From Alphaproteobacteria bacterium (lineage in GTDB: Bacteria > Pseudomonadota > Alphaproteobacteria > RF32 > CAG-239), in the NCBI GenBank assembly GCA_045634545.1, contig JAZRAL010000004.1, positions 2,359 to 66,358 on the forward strand: a stretch of DNA of 64,000 nt, read 5' to 3'. The notes beneath the pieces were generated by a model that was given only the letters and a program-made list of their open reading frames with translations, had not been told where the DNA came from and did not search any database. The position numbers and the translations under genes were made by a program. Positions 1-11,205 of the stretch are shown in pieces (within the stretch, counting starts at the first letter, position 1; each line of letters begins with the position of its first letter).

Positions 1-742
1 TATCAAATTCTACCCCAATAAAGCCTTTTGAAATCATATCATCTATTAATTCAAAACGATTATATGGTAAAGTTATTCTTGTTTTTACGTTTGATAGAAC
101 AGTTGTTTTTCCCATTGGTTTGTGAAGTAGTGAAATTTTGCCACCATCTGACGGGTCTATTGCTGTTGAAAATAAATTAAAACGATTTGCAAAATATGGT
201 GTCATATTCCAACGGTTATTTCTATCTACAATTGAAGTACAATCTGTACAGCCTAGATTTGATGCTAATTCCATACGATAATTTATCATCATAGCATTTA
301 GGGAATTACCTCTAAATGCTGGCAAAACAGAATCTGCACCAAATGACGCTACTTTTGCACTACTATTATTGTGATTATCAAAAAAATCATAACTAGAGTT
401 TGGCAATTCATCTTCTAACTCTTCTTTTGTATTACAGATTTTTAGATATGACATACCAACCAACTCTGAACCAACAAATACACCTATGTAGCGTAGGTTT
501 GGATTTTTGAACACATCATAGTAATATTCTTTAGTATGTTTATGAATAAAGCACTCCTGACCCTCGCCAAGATTGTTATAGATATTTTCTGACAAATTAC
601 CCATTTGTTCGGCATTGTTTATATTTAATGGACGAATATAAAAATGAACAGGTTTATCAAGTGTCTTTCCATTGATTTTTGAAAGTTCACCTTGCCAAAC
701 CATTTCTTTATTTACTTCATATTTTTTTATATTTGTGTTCAT
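1..742 (-). CDS. GNAT family N-acetyltransferase (partial; runs off the window start; absent from ORF track)
   Basis: Hand translation from ATG 742 (GAGG RBS upstream): MNTNIKKYEVNKEMVWQG...FYIRPLNINNAEQM...ASFGADSVLPAFRGNSLNAMMI..., open to position 1. V-x-P-x-F-R-G resembles GNAT acetyl-CoA motif A. Confidence 0.8.
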   Translation of the reverse strand, partial: MNTNIKKYEVNKEMVWQGELSKINGKTLDKPVHFYIRPLNINNAEQMGNLSENIYNNLGEGQECFIHKHTKEYYYDVFKNPNLRYIGVFVGSELVGMSYLKICNTKEELEDELPNSSYDFFDNHNNSSAKVASFGADSVLPAFRGNSLNAMMINYRMELASNLGCTDCTSIVDRNNRWNMTPYFANRFNLFSTAIDPSDGGKISLLHKPMGKTTVLSNVKTRITLPYNRFELIDDMISKGFIGVEFD

Positions 743-770
743 TTTTTCCTCGTTAAAAATTGCATTAAAA

Positions 771-792
771 AAAGCGGGGTTTTCCCCGCTTT
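771..792 (-). terminator. Intrinsic terminator (attenuator 3:4 stem) just upstream of the GNAT gene
   Basis: Minus strand reads AAAGCGGGG-AAAA-CCCCGCTTT continuing into a T7 run; about 30 nt before the GNAT ATG. Confidence 0.85.
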
Positions 793-817
793 GAAACCTT
801 TATTAAGAGATATATAT

Positions 818-898
818 CTAACAATACGAAGGTATACGGCGGGAAATATGTTTCACGCGTTTTATCTTCATTTGCTTTATTGCTAGAGATATAATCAT
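818..898 (-). CDS. 26-aa leader peptide MIISLAIKQMKIKRVKHISRRIPSYC
   Basis: AAGAGGA RBS 3 nt before ATG 898; TAG at 820-818; lies between a near-consensus promoter and a terminator. Confidence 0.65.
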   Translation of the reverse strand: MIISLAIKQMKIKRVKHISRRIPSYC

Positions 899-928
899 TT
901 TATCCTCTTAATTAAAAAAACTTGGGGT

Positions 929-957
929 ATTATGCTTAATTTGTGGTAATTTGTCAA
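929..957 (-). promoter_or_regulatory. Sigma70 promoter for the leader/GNAT transcript
   Basis: TTGACA (957-952), 17-nt spacer, CATAAT (934-929) on the minus strand. Confidence 0.75.
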
Positions 958-993
958 TAGTTTTTATATATTATATGTAATTTAGATTTTTAA

Positions 994-3809
<2,816 letters not shown>

Positions 3810-3820
<11 letters not shown>

Positions 3821-6026
3821 CTTCCTCAAATTCCACTTCTTCTGCATCTGGATCATAATCTACACCAAGTTTGGAGAGTATATCCTCGTTTTCTGATGAA
3901 CGTTGCGCAACAATCCAATCTGGCACCCAAGCTGAATGTGGTAATTTAGATAGCGCCAACATTTTTTTATCAAGATAAAAACGAGGAGCATCTGCCATAA
4001 TTGGAGTTTCAATTGCACCTTGCATTAATACCACTTGTTTTAACATTGGCAAACTTAGCAATTCGTTTGAGCTAATTGCAGAAACACCTTGTAATTGATA
4101 GCTTACGTTTTTAGCAAATGGGTTAAACTCTTTGTTTAAGCTACCTTCGTTTCTTGAGTATGATGTGGTTTGTACTGTTTTGTTACCAATCATTTTTGAG
4201 AAACGTTGTGCGGTTTGCTCGTTGTTTTGTGATAAAATAACTTTACAAGCTGTTGTTGAGATAACTGTTTCAAGGTCATCTTTACCATATTTACCGGAGA
4301 TTTGTCCTAAGTCTTGTCCGATAAGTAAATATGACACTTTCTGACCACGACCCACCGCTGGTCCATCAATTACAGCTTTTAGTTTTGGCATTTGAGGGAA
4401 CTCGTCGAGCACGAATAGTGTTGGGAATGGTCCCATTTTGCCGTCTGTTTTGTTTACAAAGTTTGGTGGGTTAGAAATCAAATATGCACTCATAAGGTCC
4501 ACAAACACAGCACTAATTGGGTTTAAGGCTTGAGCATCTGTTTGGTTTACGGACAAGTAAACTGAAATTGGTTTCCACTCACCGGTAACAGGGTCTTTCA
4601 TTCCTCGTAAATCTCTAAACTTAATGTCTGAGAAGCTTGTACGAGCAACTACGGCTGAGTTTTTAAAGATACGAATACCGTTAAATGCTGTTGACAACAC
4701 AGAACCACGTTCTTTATCTGGTTTTGCTCTTAAACCGGACAACTCTGTTATACAACGACGAGAATAACCATAGTCATTTGCCTCGTTGGTTGCATCATCT
4801 AAAAGTTCACCCATAAGGTCTGCCATGGCTGCCATTTGGTCGCCCTCTTCCATACGGCGTTTAATTTCATTACTTTGCTCGATTTGAGCGGCTGTAATCC
4901 ATTCTAGAATCATCGCTAAGCATGCTTCGTGATTTATCCATCTATCTGGGAATGAGCGCCATGTTCCAATTGGAAGATAGTTTTCGATGGTTAGGCTACC
5001 ATTTTGCAAATCTTGAATTGCGCGTACTGCATTGGTCTTTAAGTTACCATTTTGCATATCTTCATAGTGCCCTAATAGCTCTTTTTTATCTTCTTCGGTC
5101 ATTGAACCTTCGTAGATTTTTTGAATAAACTTTTCGTTTGCTAGAGCTTTTTCACATTTTGAAGCAACAAAGTGTATAAGTCCGCATAGTGCACCACGAC
5201 CGGCTTGTGACCAATAAGCATCACCACCGCCTTTAGGATCTTCTACAAGAGTGTTACACATTGAGTCGATATACAAATCTCGCTCTGGACCAACGGCAGG
5301 AAGAGTTCCTGGAGATAAAGGATTCCAGCTTGGATAGTATTCACCGGTTGCTGGGTCATCTTCTTTACCCCAGTTGATTACAAACACAGGACCAACTTTT
5401 GCACGAGCACCTGTTGTAGAATAACACAACTCAGGCTTAGGGTCGTTTACAATAATACTCATACCTTCTGAGTTAAAAATTGTTGGAATAACTACACCGG
5501 CTGTTTTACCTGTTCCTGGAGGAGCACAACATAGTGTTGAAAGTGTTTCTTTTAGTTTTAATAATTTTCCTTCAAATTTACCTACAACCATACAAAAACC
5601 ATCAAAACCAAGAAGTGGCATACGCTCAATATCACGAAGTGTCGCAATATGTGCTGAACCATGTACGTTTGATTGGAATTTATATGGGCATTTTAATGCT
5701 CCAAATATCATAATTAATGGAGTTACTACAAAAGGAAGAATTGGAACCCATAGGCTTATTTTAAATGGTCCACTATATTTATAAATATTTTTAAACCAAC
5801 GCCCATATCTATCAAAGAGAAATCCGGGATCAACAAAAGATTTCTGAATAAACTTTACAACAATTTCCATACTTTTTTTGGATATACCACTTTGCATCAA
5901 ATATGCTAATGGTTGTGCTATATATAGAAGAACTATACCTACAACTAGTGATATAAGAACAGTTATAGTCATCCATTGGACGGCATTATCATACTCTTCC
6001 CACTCTTTTCCTCTTTCTTTTGCCAT
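3810..6026 (-). CDS. virD4: Type IV secretion coupling protein, VirD4/TraG family
   Basis: N-terminal TM segments, HGSAH motif, Walker A APPGTGKT, IIVNDPKPEL, Walker B LFVLDEF, then PAVGRG...LIGQDLGQI..KYG as in T4SS coupling proteins. Confidence 0.92.
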
Positions 6027-6048
6027 TTTATCTCCCTTATACTAATAA

Positions 6049-7365
6049 TTATGCCATACTATAAATTAATTTTTTAAGTTTTTCAATTGTTGATTTATCA
6101 GTTCTATCCTCGCAATTTTCTACAGCTTTTGAGAATAAGCGAATTTCTTTTGGAGAACCTCTGTTTATTCTTGTTACATTTATATTCATAGATTTCCAAA
6201 CATCAAACATATCTTCTGCATTAATGATATTACCTGATTGAATAACTACATATGACTGAATTTCAAAATTAAAATCTGCAACAGCTAATTTAGTTTTTAT
6301 TATATCTCTTGCAATATCTAGCTTACGAACAGGTGATATCCTGTGAGAGCTTTCTGAGAACCATAATGGCTCTTCATCATTGAATTTTTCTTCATCTGCA
6401 AGCCAATCTCCTGATTCTCTATCTACTAGACATAAGAGCAATTGGTTTTTAGATATTGCAATATAGTCTATGGTTGTGCTTTTAATAATTGCTGATGGGA
6501 TAACATCATAACCTTTTTGTTTTAAGACATCAAGAACAGGAGTATGAGACTCTTTTGTACCATTTAAGTCGGTTTTTACAGATTTTGGCGCTTCTTTTTT
6601 AGGTTTATCATTTGATTTTTGTGGTTTTGCTTCTTTTGTTGATTTTTCTACAACAGTTGCTTCTATTGTATCTTTTTTAACTGGCTCATCAGCAACTAAT
6701 GCTGAAGGTATTTCGGGTTCTGCTTTTTTATTATCCTTTTTCTCAAAATCAAAATCTAAATCAAAATCGTCATCATCAAAATTAAACAATGCGTGGTCTA
6801 TTGGAGCTGATTGCTCTTGTTTTTTCTTATTAGGCGCAGAATATGAAGAATGTGATGATGGTGATGGCATAGGTGTTGCACCCATAGATGCGCTTCCCAT
6901 CATATTGTTATTAATATTATTTTGCATTAATGTTGCTGACGGAAGAGGCTTTTTAGCTGGTGCTTTTTTTATTATTGGAGTTTTGGGAGCTATTGTAATA
7001 TCTTCTTTTATTGATTTTTTCTTGATTACAACTGGAGCTTTGGTTTTTAGGGTTAACTTTCTATATAAATACAAAGGACTAAAGATTATGTATTTTAACC
7101 ACTTTTTCCAATTTATAGCACACAGCCCAAACCATCCAGTTATCCATAATGGGATAGCGCCTAGAATAACAGTAAAAAATACAATTTCGGAGCTAGATAT
7201 AGGAGCTCCACTATTCCATTTGTGTTTTAACAACCACCAATGTTCTTTTAAGAAGATATCAAAATGCCAATTGATTAGCAATAAAACCCTTATTCCATCT
7301 ATGAATATTATACTCCATAGATAGCCTATTAATAGTGTTTTTAATATTATTGCTAGTACTTTCAA
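6049..7365 (-). CDS. Membrane-anchored protein: N-terminal TM domain, disordered linker, C-terminal NERD-like domain
   Basis: TTG start with GGAG RBS; two TM segments; P/S/K/E-rich linker; C-terminal LKQKGY...IDYIAISKNQLLL...W...SPVRKL resembles NERD. Confidence 0.6.
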   Translation of the reverse strand: MKVLAIILKTLLIGYLWSIIFIDGIRVLLLINWHFDIFLKEHWWLLKHKWNSGAPISSSEIVFFTVILGAIPLWITGWFGLCAINWKKWLKYIIFSPLYLYRKLTLKTKAPVVIKKKSIKEDITIAPKTPIIKKAPAKKPLPSATLMQNNINNNMMGSASMGATPMPSPSSHSSYSAPNKKKQEQSAPIDHALFNFDDDDFDLDFDFEKKDNKKAEPEIPSALVADEPVKKDTIEATVVEKSTKEAKPQKSNDKPKKEAPKSVKTDLNGTKESHTPVLDVLKQKGYDVIPSAIIKSTTIDYIAISKNQLLLCLVDRESGDWLADEEKFNDEEPLWFSESSHRISPVRKLDIARDIIKTKLAVADFNFEIQSYVVIQSGNIINAEDMFDVWKSMNINVTRINRGSPKEIRLFSKAVENCEDRTDKSTIEKLKKLIYSMA

Positions 7366-7422
7366 CTTTTTCTCCGGCTATTTTGTTTTCTTGATTATAT
7401 TTGCGTATTAGTTAATAATAAA

Positions 7423-7914
7423 TTATTGTTTTTCATTTTCTTCAATTTTTGCTGATATTAAATGTCTTAAATTTGTTGATTCTTTACTATATGCTGAATT
7501 TCCTCCGTTTTCTTTAATTTTATCTGAAATAATTTCATCTAAAGTTCTTTCTTTTAAACCTAGATTTTTTATTGAAACATGTTCTGGCTCCATACTTTTG
7601 GGGCGAGTTACCTTTCTGTATAGTTTTACAAGTGGTGATAATAATGTTTTGAAAAAACCTTTTTTATACATATTCATAGAGCATCTTAACCAGAAAATCG
7701 GTAATAAAATTAAACAAACCAACAAGCTTAGCTCTTTGAATTCTTTAAAATTACCACCTTCGTTCCAATAATTTCTAAGAACAACATACGATCTCGATGA
7801 AACAATATCAAACCCCCAAAACAGCTTAAAGAAAAAACGCCCTACGTAAGTGAAAACAACTAACGTAAAGCAAGAAATTAAAATCAATTTCAAAAACTTT
7901 TTATTTTTTTTCAT
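7423..7914 (-). CDS. Membrane protein paralogous to the N-terminus of 6049-7365
   Basis: Shares W-x-FDI...WN-x-G and SPL...YRK motifs; two TM segments; GGAG RBS. Confidence 0.75.
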   Translation of the reverse strand: MKKNKKFLKLILISCFTLVVFTYVGRFFFKLFWGFDIVSSRSYVVLRNYWNEGGNFKEFKELSLLVCLILLPIFWLRCSMNMYKKGFFKTLLSPLVKLYRKVTRPKSMEPEHVSIKNLGLKERTLDEIISDKIKENGGNSAYSKESTNLRHLISAKIEENEKQ

Positions 7915-7923
7915 AATAAATAA

Positions 7924-10011
7924 CTATCTCCCTTTTTGATTGATATTTTTCATAATCTCTTGTGTCATTGACTGAGTACTAAATTCTTGCTCTCTTGTCT
8001 GCTCTTGCGTTTCTTGCCTTGAAGAGCCTCCAATAAATGTAAGTTTCATCTTGTGATTAGCTTGATTCATTTTAGTTTTTTTACCATCTCTGCCAACAAT
8101 ACTCTTTTGATATACTTCTATAGAAGCTTTTGTTGCATTTACACTATCTGCTACTGCTGTGAAATATTCTTTATTTTTCTTTATTATTGGATTGTTTGCT
8201 CGATGTGTTGTTGTAATAACTTCAATGTTTTTTGTAATTAAATCAAGTTTAGCACTATTATCCGAAGAAGATGTTATTGTGTCTTGTATTTTCTGAAGCT
8301 CATCCTTCATTGCTTTTTGAACAGCATTACCATCATCTAATCTATTACTCATAGATGTTGTTATTTGTTGTATTTGTGTAATTTTTTGCAATGGTGATAA
8401 TTCTTTGTCTTGTAACATTGAATTTAGGTCATACACCTCTTCTGCAAACTCTTTTGACACGGTGTATCTGTTTGGATTTCCTGAAATATTAACCGTAGTT
8501 ATTTTTTCTATATCTTCTTTAATTTTTTCGATAGCATCTTCTGGTGTTATATTAGTATCGTTTACAACATTATTTGCTTTTTTCAAGCTTTCTTTGATTT
8601 TGTTTTGGGTTGGAATGTTTGCATCTAGCTGTTCATCCATTTGGGTGATTAATTCTTTAACGATAGCAAGTTTGTTTGCAGGAGAAGTATCTTTTTCTGC
8701 AATAGCTACATTTAGCGCCTCTAAATCTGTTGTAAATGCTTCTGAAACAGTATGTGCTGATGATTGGCTAATTCTTTCACGTTCTTGCTCTAGAGCTGAA
8801 AAATACATTTTTTCTCTTTGTATAATTTTAGCCTCACATAAAGCAGGATTTTCTGCTACTTCTTTTGATTTTTCACGTATTTTGGTAACAGTTTTTAATG
8901 CAGACTTATAACTACCAGTATTTGCGCATTGTTTAATTGTTTCCAAATCAGATCTAACCTCATCAAAAGTAGGATTTTTACCATCAACTTCTTTTCTTAA
9001 ATTTTCAATACATTCAGCAATATTTGCCTTATTTTTAGCTTTTAAGGCTTTTTCTAACTTACCAAGTTCTTGTGTGAATTTTAAAGATATTCCATCTCCA
9101 TTTTCTTTGTCTGCAGCTGTTTCACATGTGGCAGCAGCGATTGCTAACTCTCTTGATTTGATAGCTATATCTATCATTTTGTTCATTGCGCCAGGAACTC
9201 TTAAAAATGCTTGCAATTTCTCTTTTTCTTCCGGAGTTCTATCGGCCGGGTTTTTCTTATTTATAGCACTTAGTTCTTTAAAAAAGCTTGGTTCCTTTTT
9301 TAGAGCATCCCAAGTTACACGCTCATTATTTTTATCTTTTTCTAGATTTTGAAGAATTTCGTTATATGCATTGTTACAAATCTCTTTACGTTTTAGCATT
9401 TTGTCTTTGGTTGTTTCTCGTATTTTTTCACCAATAGCAAACACATTCGTTTTTTCTTTTTTGGGAGCCTCTTTACCATCTTTAGAACCATAGAAAACAA
9501 AATCAGAGAAATCTAAAACAGTATCAACTGCTGCATTTATAACCCAATCGTATGATGCTAATATAAACTCTTTCCAAAACATCTCCATTATATTCTTTTC
9601 ATCCCCGCTTTTTACTGGTTTTCCATGGGATGGTGGAGTTGGGCTATCTTTTTTAGGTTTTGATTCTTGAGGCTTTATATTGCCATAAACATCGCATTCG
9701 GGAATTTCCTCATATGCAGAGGATTCTCCTGTTTTATCTAACTTTCTTGGTGTAGAACCTTTAGGAACAGGTTTTTCTTCTTGTTTTTCATCTTTATTAT
9801 CTGGTTTAGTTTTATCTTTATCTGTATTGTCAGCATCTGGATTTGGTTTATTGTCCTCAGATGGTTTAGGAGATGAATCTTCATTATCTTTTTTAGGAGC
9901 ATTGTCTTCTTTTGGAGTTATATCGCCCTTTCCTGCAGCATATTCCTCCATTTTTTTAGCATTTTCTTCTGCTTCATTCTGCATTTGTTCTACTACGCTA
10001 TTTTCTGGCAT
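7924..10011 (-). CDS. 695-aa helical protein with disordered N-terminus and internal ~96-114 aa repeats
   Basis: Long ORF with AAGGAG RBS and its own promoter; no recognisable family. Confidence 0.85.
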   Translation of the reverse strand: MPENSVVEQMQNEAEENAKKMEEYAAGKGDITPKEDNAPKKDNEDSSPKPSEDNKPNPDADNTDKDKTKPDNKDEKQEEKPVPKGSTPRKLDKTGESSAYEEIPECDVYGNIKPQESKPKKDSPTPPSHGKPVKSGDEKNIMEMFWKEFILASYDWVINAAVDTVLDFSDFVFYGSKDGKEAPKKEKTNVFAIGEKIRETTKDKMLKRKEICNNAYNEILQNLEKDKNNERVTWDALKKEPSFFKELSAINKKNPADRTPEEKEKLQAFLRVPGAMNKMIDIAIKSRELAIAAATCETAADKENGDGISLKFTQELGKLEKALKAKNKANIAECIENLRKEVDGKNPTFDEVRSDLETIKQCANTGSYKSALKTVTKIREKSKEVAENPALCEAKIIQREKMYFSALEQERERISQSSAHTVSEAFTTDLEALNVAIAEKDTSPANKLAIVKELITQMDEQLDANIPTQNKIKESLKKANNVVNDTNITPEDAIEKIKEDIEKITTVNISGNPNRYTVSKEFAEEVYDLNSMLQDKELSPLQKITQIQQITTSMSNRLDDGNAVQKAMKDELQKIQDTITSSSDNSAKLDLITKNIEVITTTHRANNPIIKKNKEYFTAVADSVNATKASIEVYQKSIVGRDGKKTKMNQANHKMKLTFIGGSSRQETQEQTREQEFSTQSMTQEIMKNINQKGR
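8187..9078 (-). repeat. Three degenerate protein-level repeats in the 695-aa ORF
   Basis: Units begin FTQELGKL (9078), FTTDLEAL (8736) and FAEEVYDL (8448). Units 2 and 3 align (KD.SP..K...QM..LD...Q..K..L.K...ITT...NP). Confidence 0.6.
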
Positions 10012-10042
10012 TTTATTCTCCTTTTTTATAGGTCTTTTGTAG

Positions 10043-10071
10043 ATTTTATCACAAAACAGATGGTTTGTCTA
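10043..10071 (-). promoter_or_regulatory. Sigma70 promoter driving the 695-aa to virD4 operon
   Basis: TAGACA (10071-10066), 17-nt spacer, TAAAAT (10048-10043) with extended -10 TG. Confidence 0.6.
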
Positions 10072-10088
10072 CTTTAAAATTTAAGCGA

Positions 10089-11111
10089 CTATATTTTTAT
10101 TTTTTTAATAAATGCCCCGATTTTTTGATTAAATTTTATACCATCTTCGGGCGCTACTTTTATTAACCCGAAGAATCTCGGCTTTATTTTATCAAATTCT
10201 ATAGGCGTAAACATTGCTGGATTTTTTGTTAATGCCTCAAAAGCCCCCTTTGCATCTTTTTGAGCTGCTTTGAAATAATTATTTATTAGAGCATCTACGT
10301 TTATTGGGAAATTTTGTTGTTTTAACTTCTCAATAAACATGGCTTTTCGCTCCTGAAGTTGCATATACTCTTCATATAGCTCTTTTTTTATTTTATTTTT
10401 TATCGCTATTTCTTTCATTTGTTCATATTTTACTTCACATATTTCAAGGTTTATTAGGATTTCTACATATGAGATTATCACTAATTGCATATCTGTATCT
10501 GTTAAACCCTCTGCAAATACCAGAAATTCTTCATCTGTTGCATTTTTTGATAGTTTTTTCATGTTTTCTGGATCATATTTATTTATTAAATCCCAACAAT
10601 CTAGCAAATATTGAGCAATTTTTCTTCCTACACTTGGTTTGTAGTTAGGGTGTAGCATTTTATAATCATATTCTATAGATGGTGTTTTTAGATTTTTTTT
10701 ATCTGCGATAGCATTTATGCCATCTTGGAAGTTATATATTGCCCTAGAAAGCTCATATTCTTCTGTTTTCAACATTATTTCTTCTTCGCTTTTTTCGGGC
10801 AAAACATCAACCTTTACCTCTCCTAAAGATGATGATATATCCTTTGAAGAATCTGCTATTATAAAGTTATCAAGGTTTTGATTTTGTTTTTCTTCAGTTA
10901 TAAATCCGTCCAATTCTGAAGATGCATTTGATTGAGCCTTTGGTTCTGGTGAAGATGGAGCATCTTCTCCTGATATAAAATTATTTAAAAGTCTAGCAAA
11001 TTCGTCTTCTAGACTGGCGTTTGATGTTTCTTGTGGTTTAGATGAAGTCTCTTTTTCAGGTTCATTGTCTGATAATTCTGCAAAAAAAGAATCTAAATTA
11101 TTATCTGCCAT
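10089..11111 (-). CDS. Hypothetical protein: acidic disordered N-terminus, helical C-terminus
   Basis: 340-aa ORF with AAGGAG RBS; no family recognised with confidence. Confidence 0.8.
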   Translation of the reverse strand: MADNNLDSFFAELSDNEPEKETSSKPQETSNASLEDEFARLLNNFISGEDAPSSPEPKAQSNASSELDGFITEEKQNQNLDNFIIADSSKDISSSLGEVKVDVLPEKSEEEIMLKTEEYELSRAIYNFQDGINAIADKKNLKTPSIEYDYKMLHPNYKPSVGRKIAQYLLDCWDLINKYDPENMKKLSKNATDEEFLVFAEGLTDTDMQLVIISYVEILINLEICEVKYEQMKEIAIKNKIKKELYEEYMQLQERKAMFIEKLKQQNFPINVDALINNYFKAAQKDAKGAFEALTKNPAMFTPIEFDKIKPRFFGLIKVAPEDGIKFNQKIGAFIKKIKI

Positions 11112-11205
11112 CTAATAACTCCTTTTTTTTATTTACATCTTGATTTTATATTAGTTTCGGGTATTCTACAGTTCAATTGGTGAAAATATATTTAACAAGC
11201 ATGAT

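Noticed and set aside
692-886. 64-aa plus-strand ORF
   Set aside because: Antisense shadow over the GNAT start, terminator and leader; no RBS; the minus-strand interpretation explains the sequence.
6905-7324. 139-aa plus-strand ORF
   Set aside because: Antisense to the 438-aa gene; hydrophobicity is the mirror of Lys-rich codons.
8405-10042. Several plus-strand ORFs (168, 92, 71 aa)
   Set aside because: Ser/Phe/Leu-rich shadows of the Glu/Lys-rich 695-aa gene.
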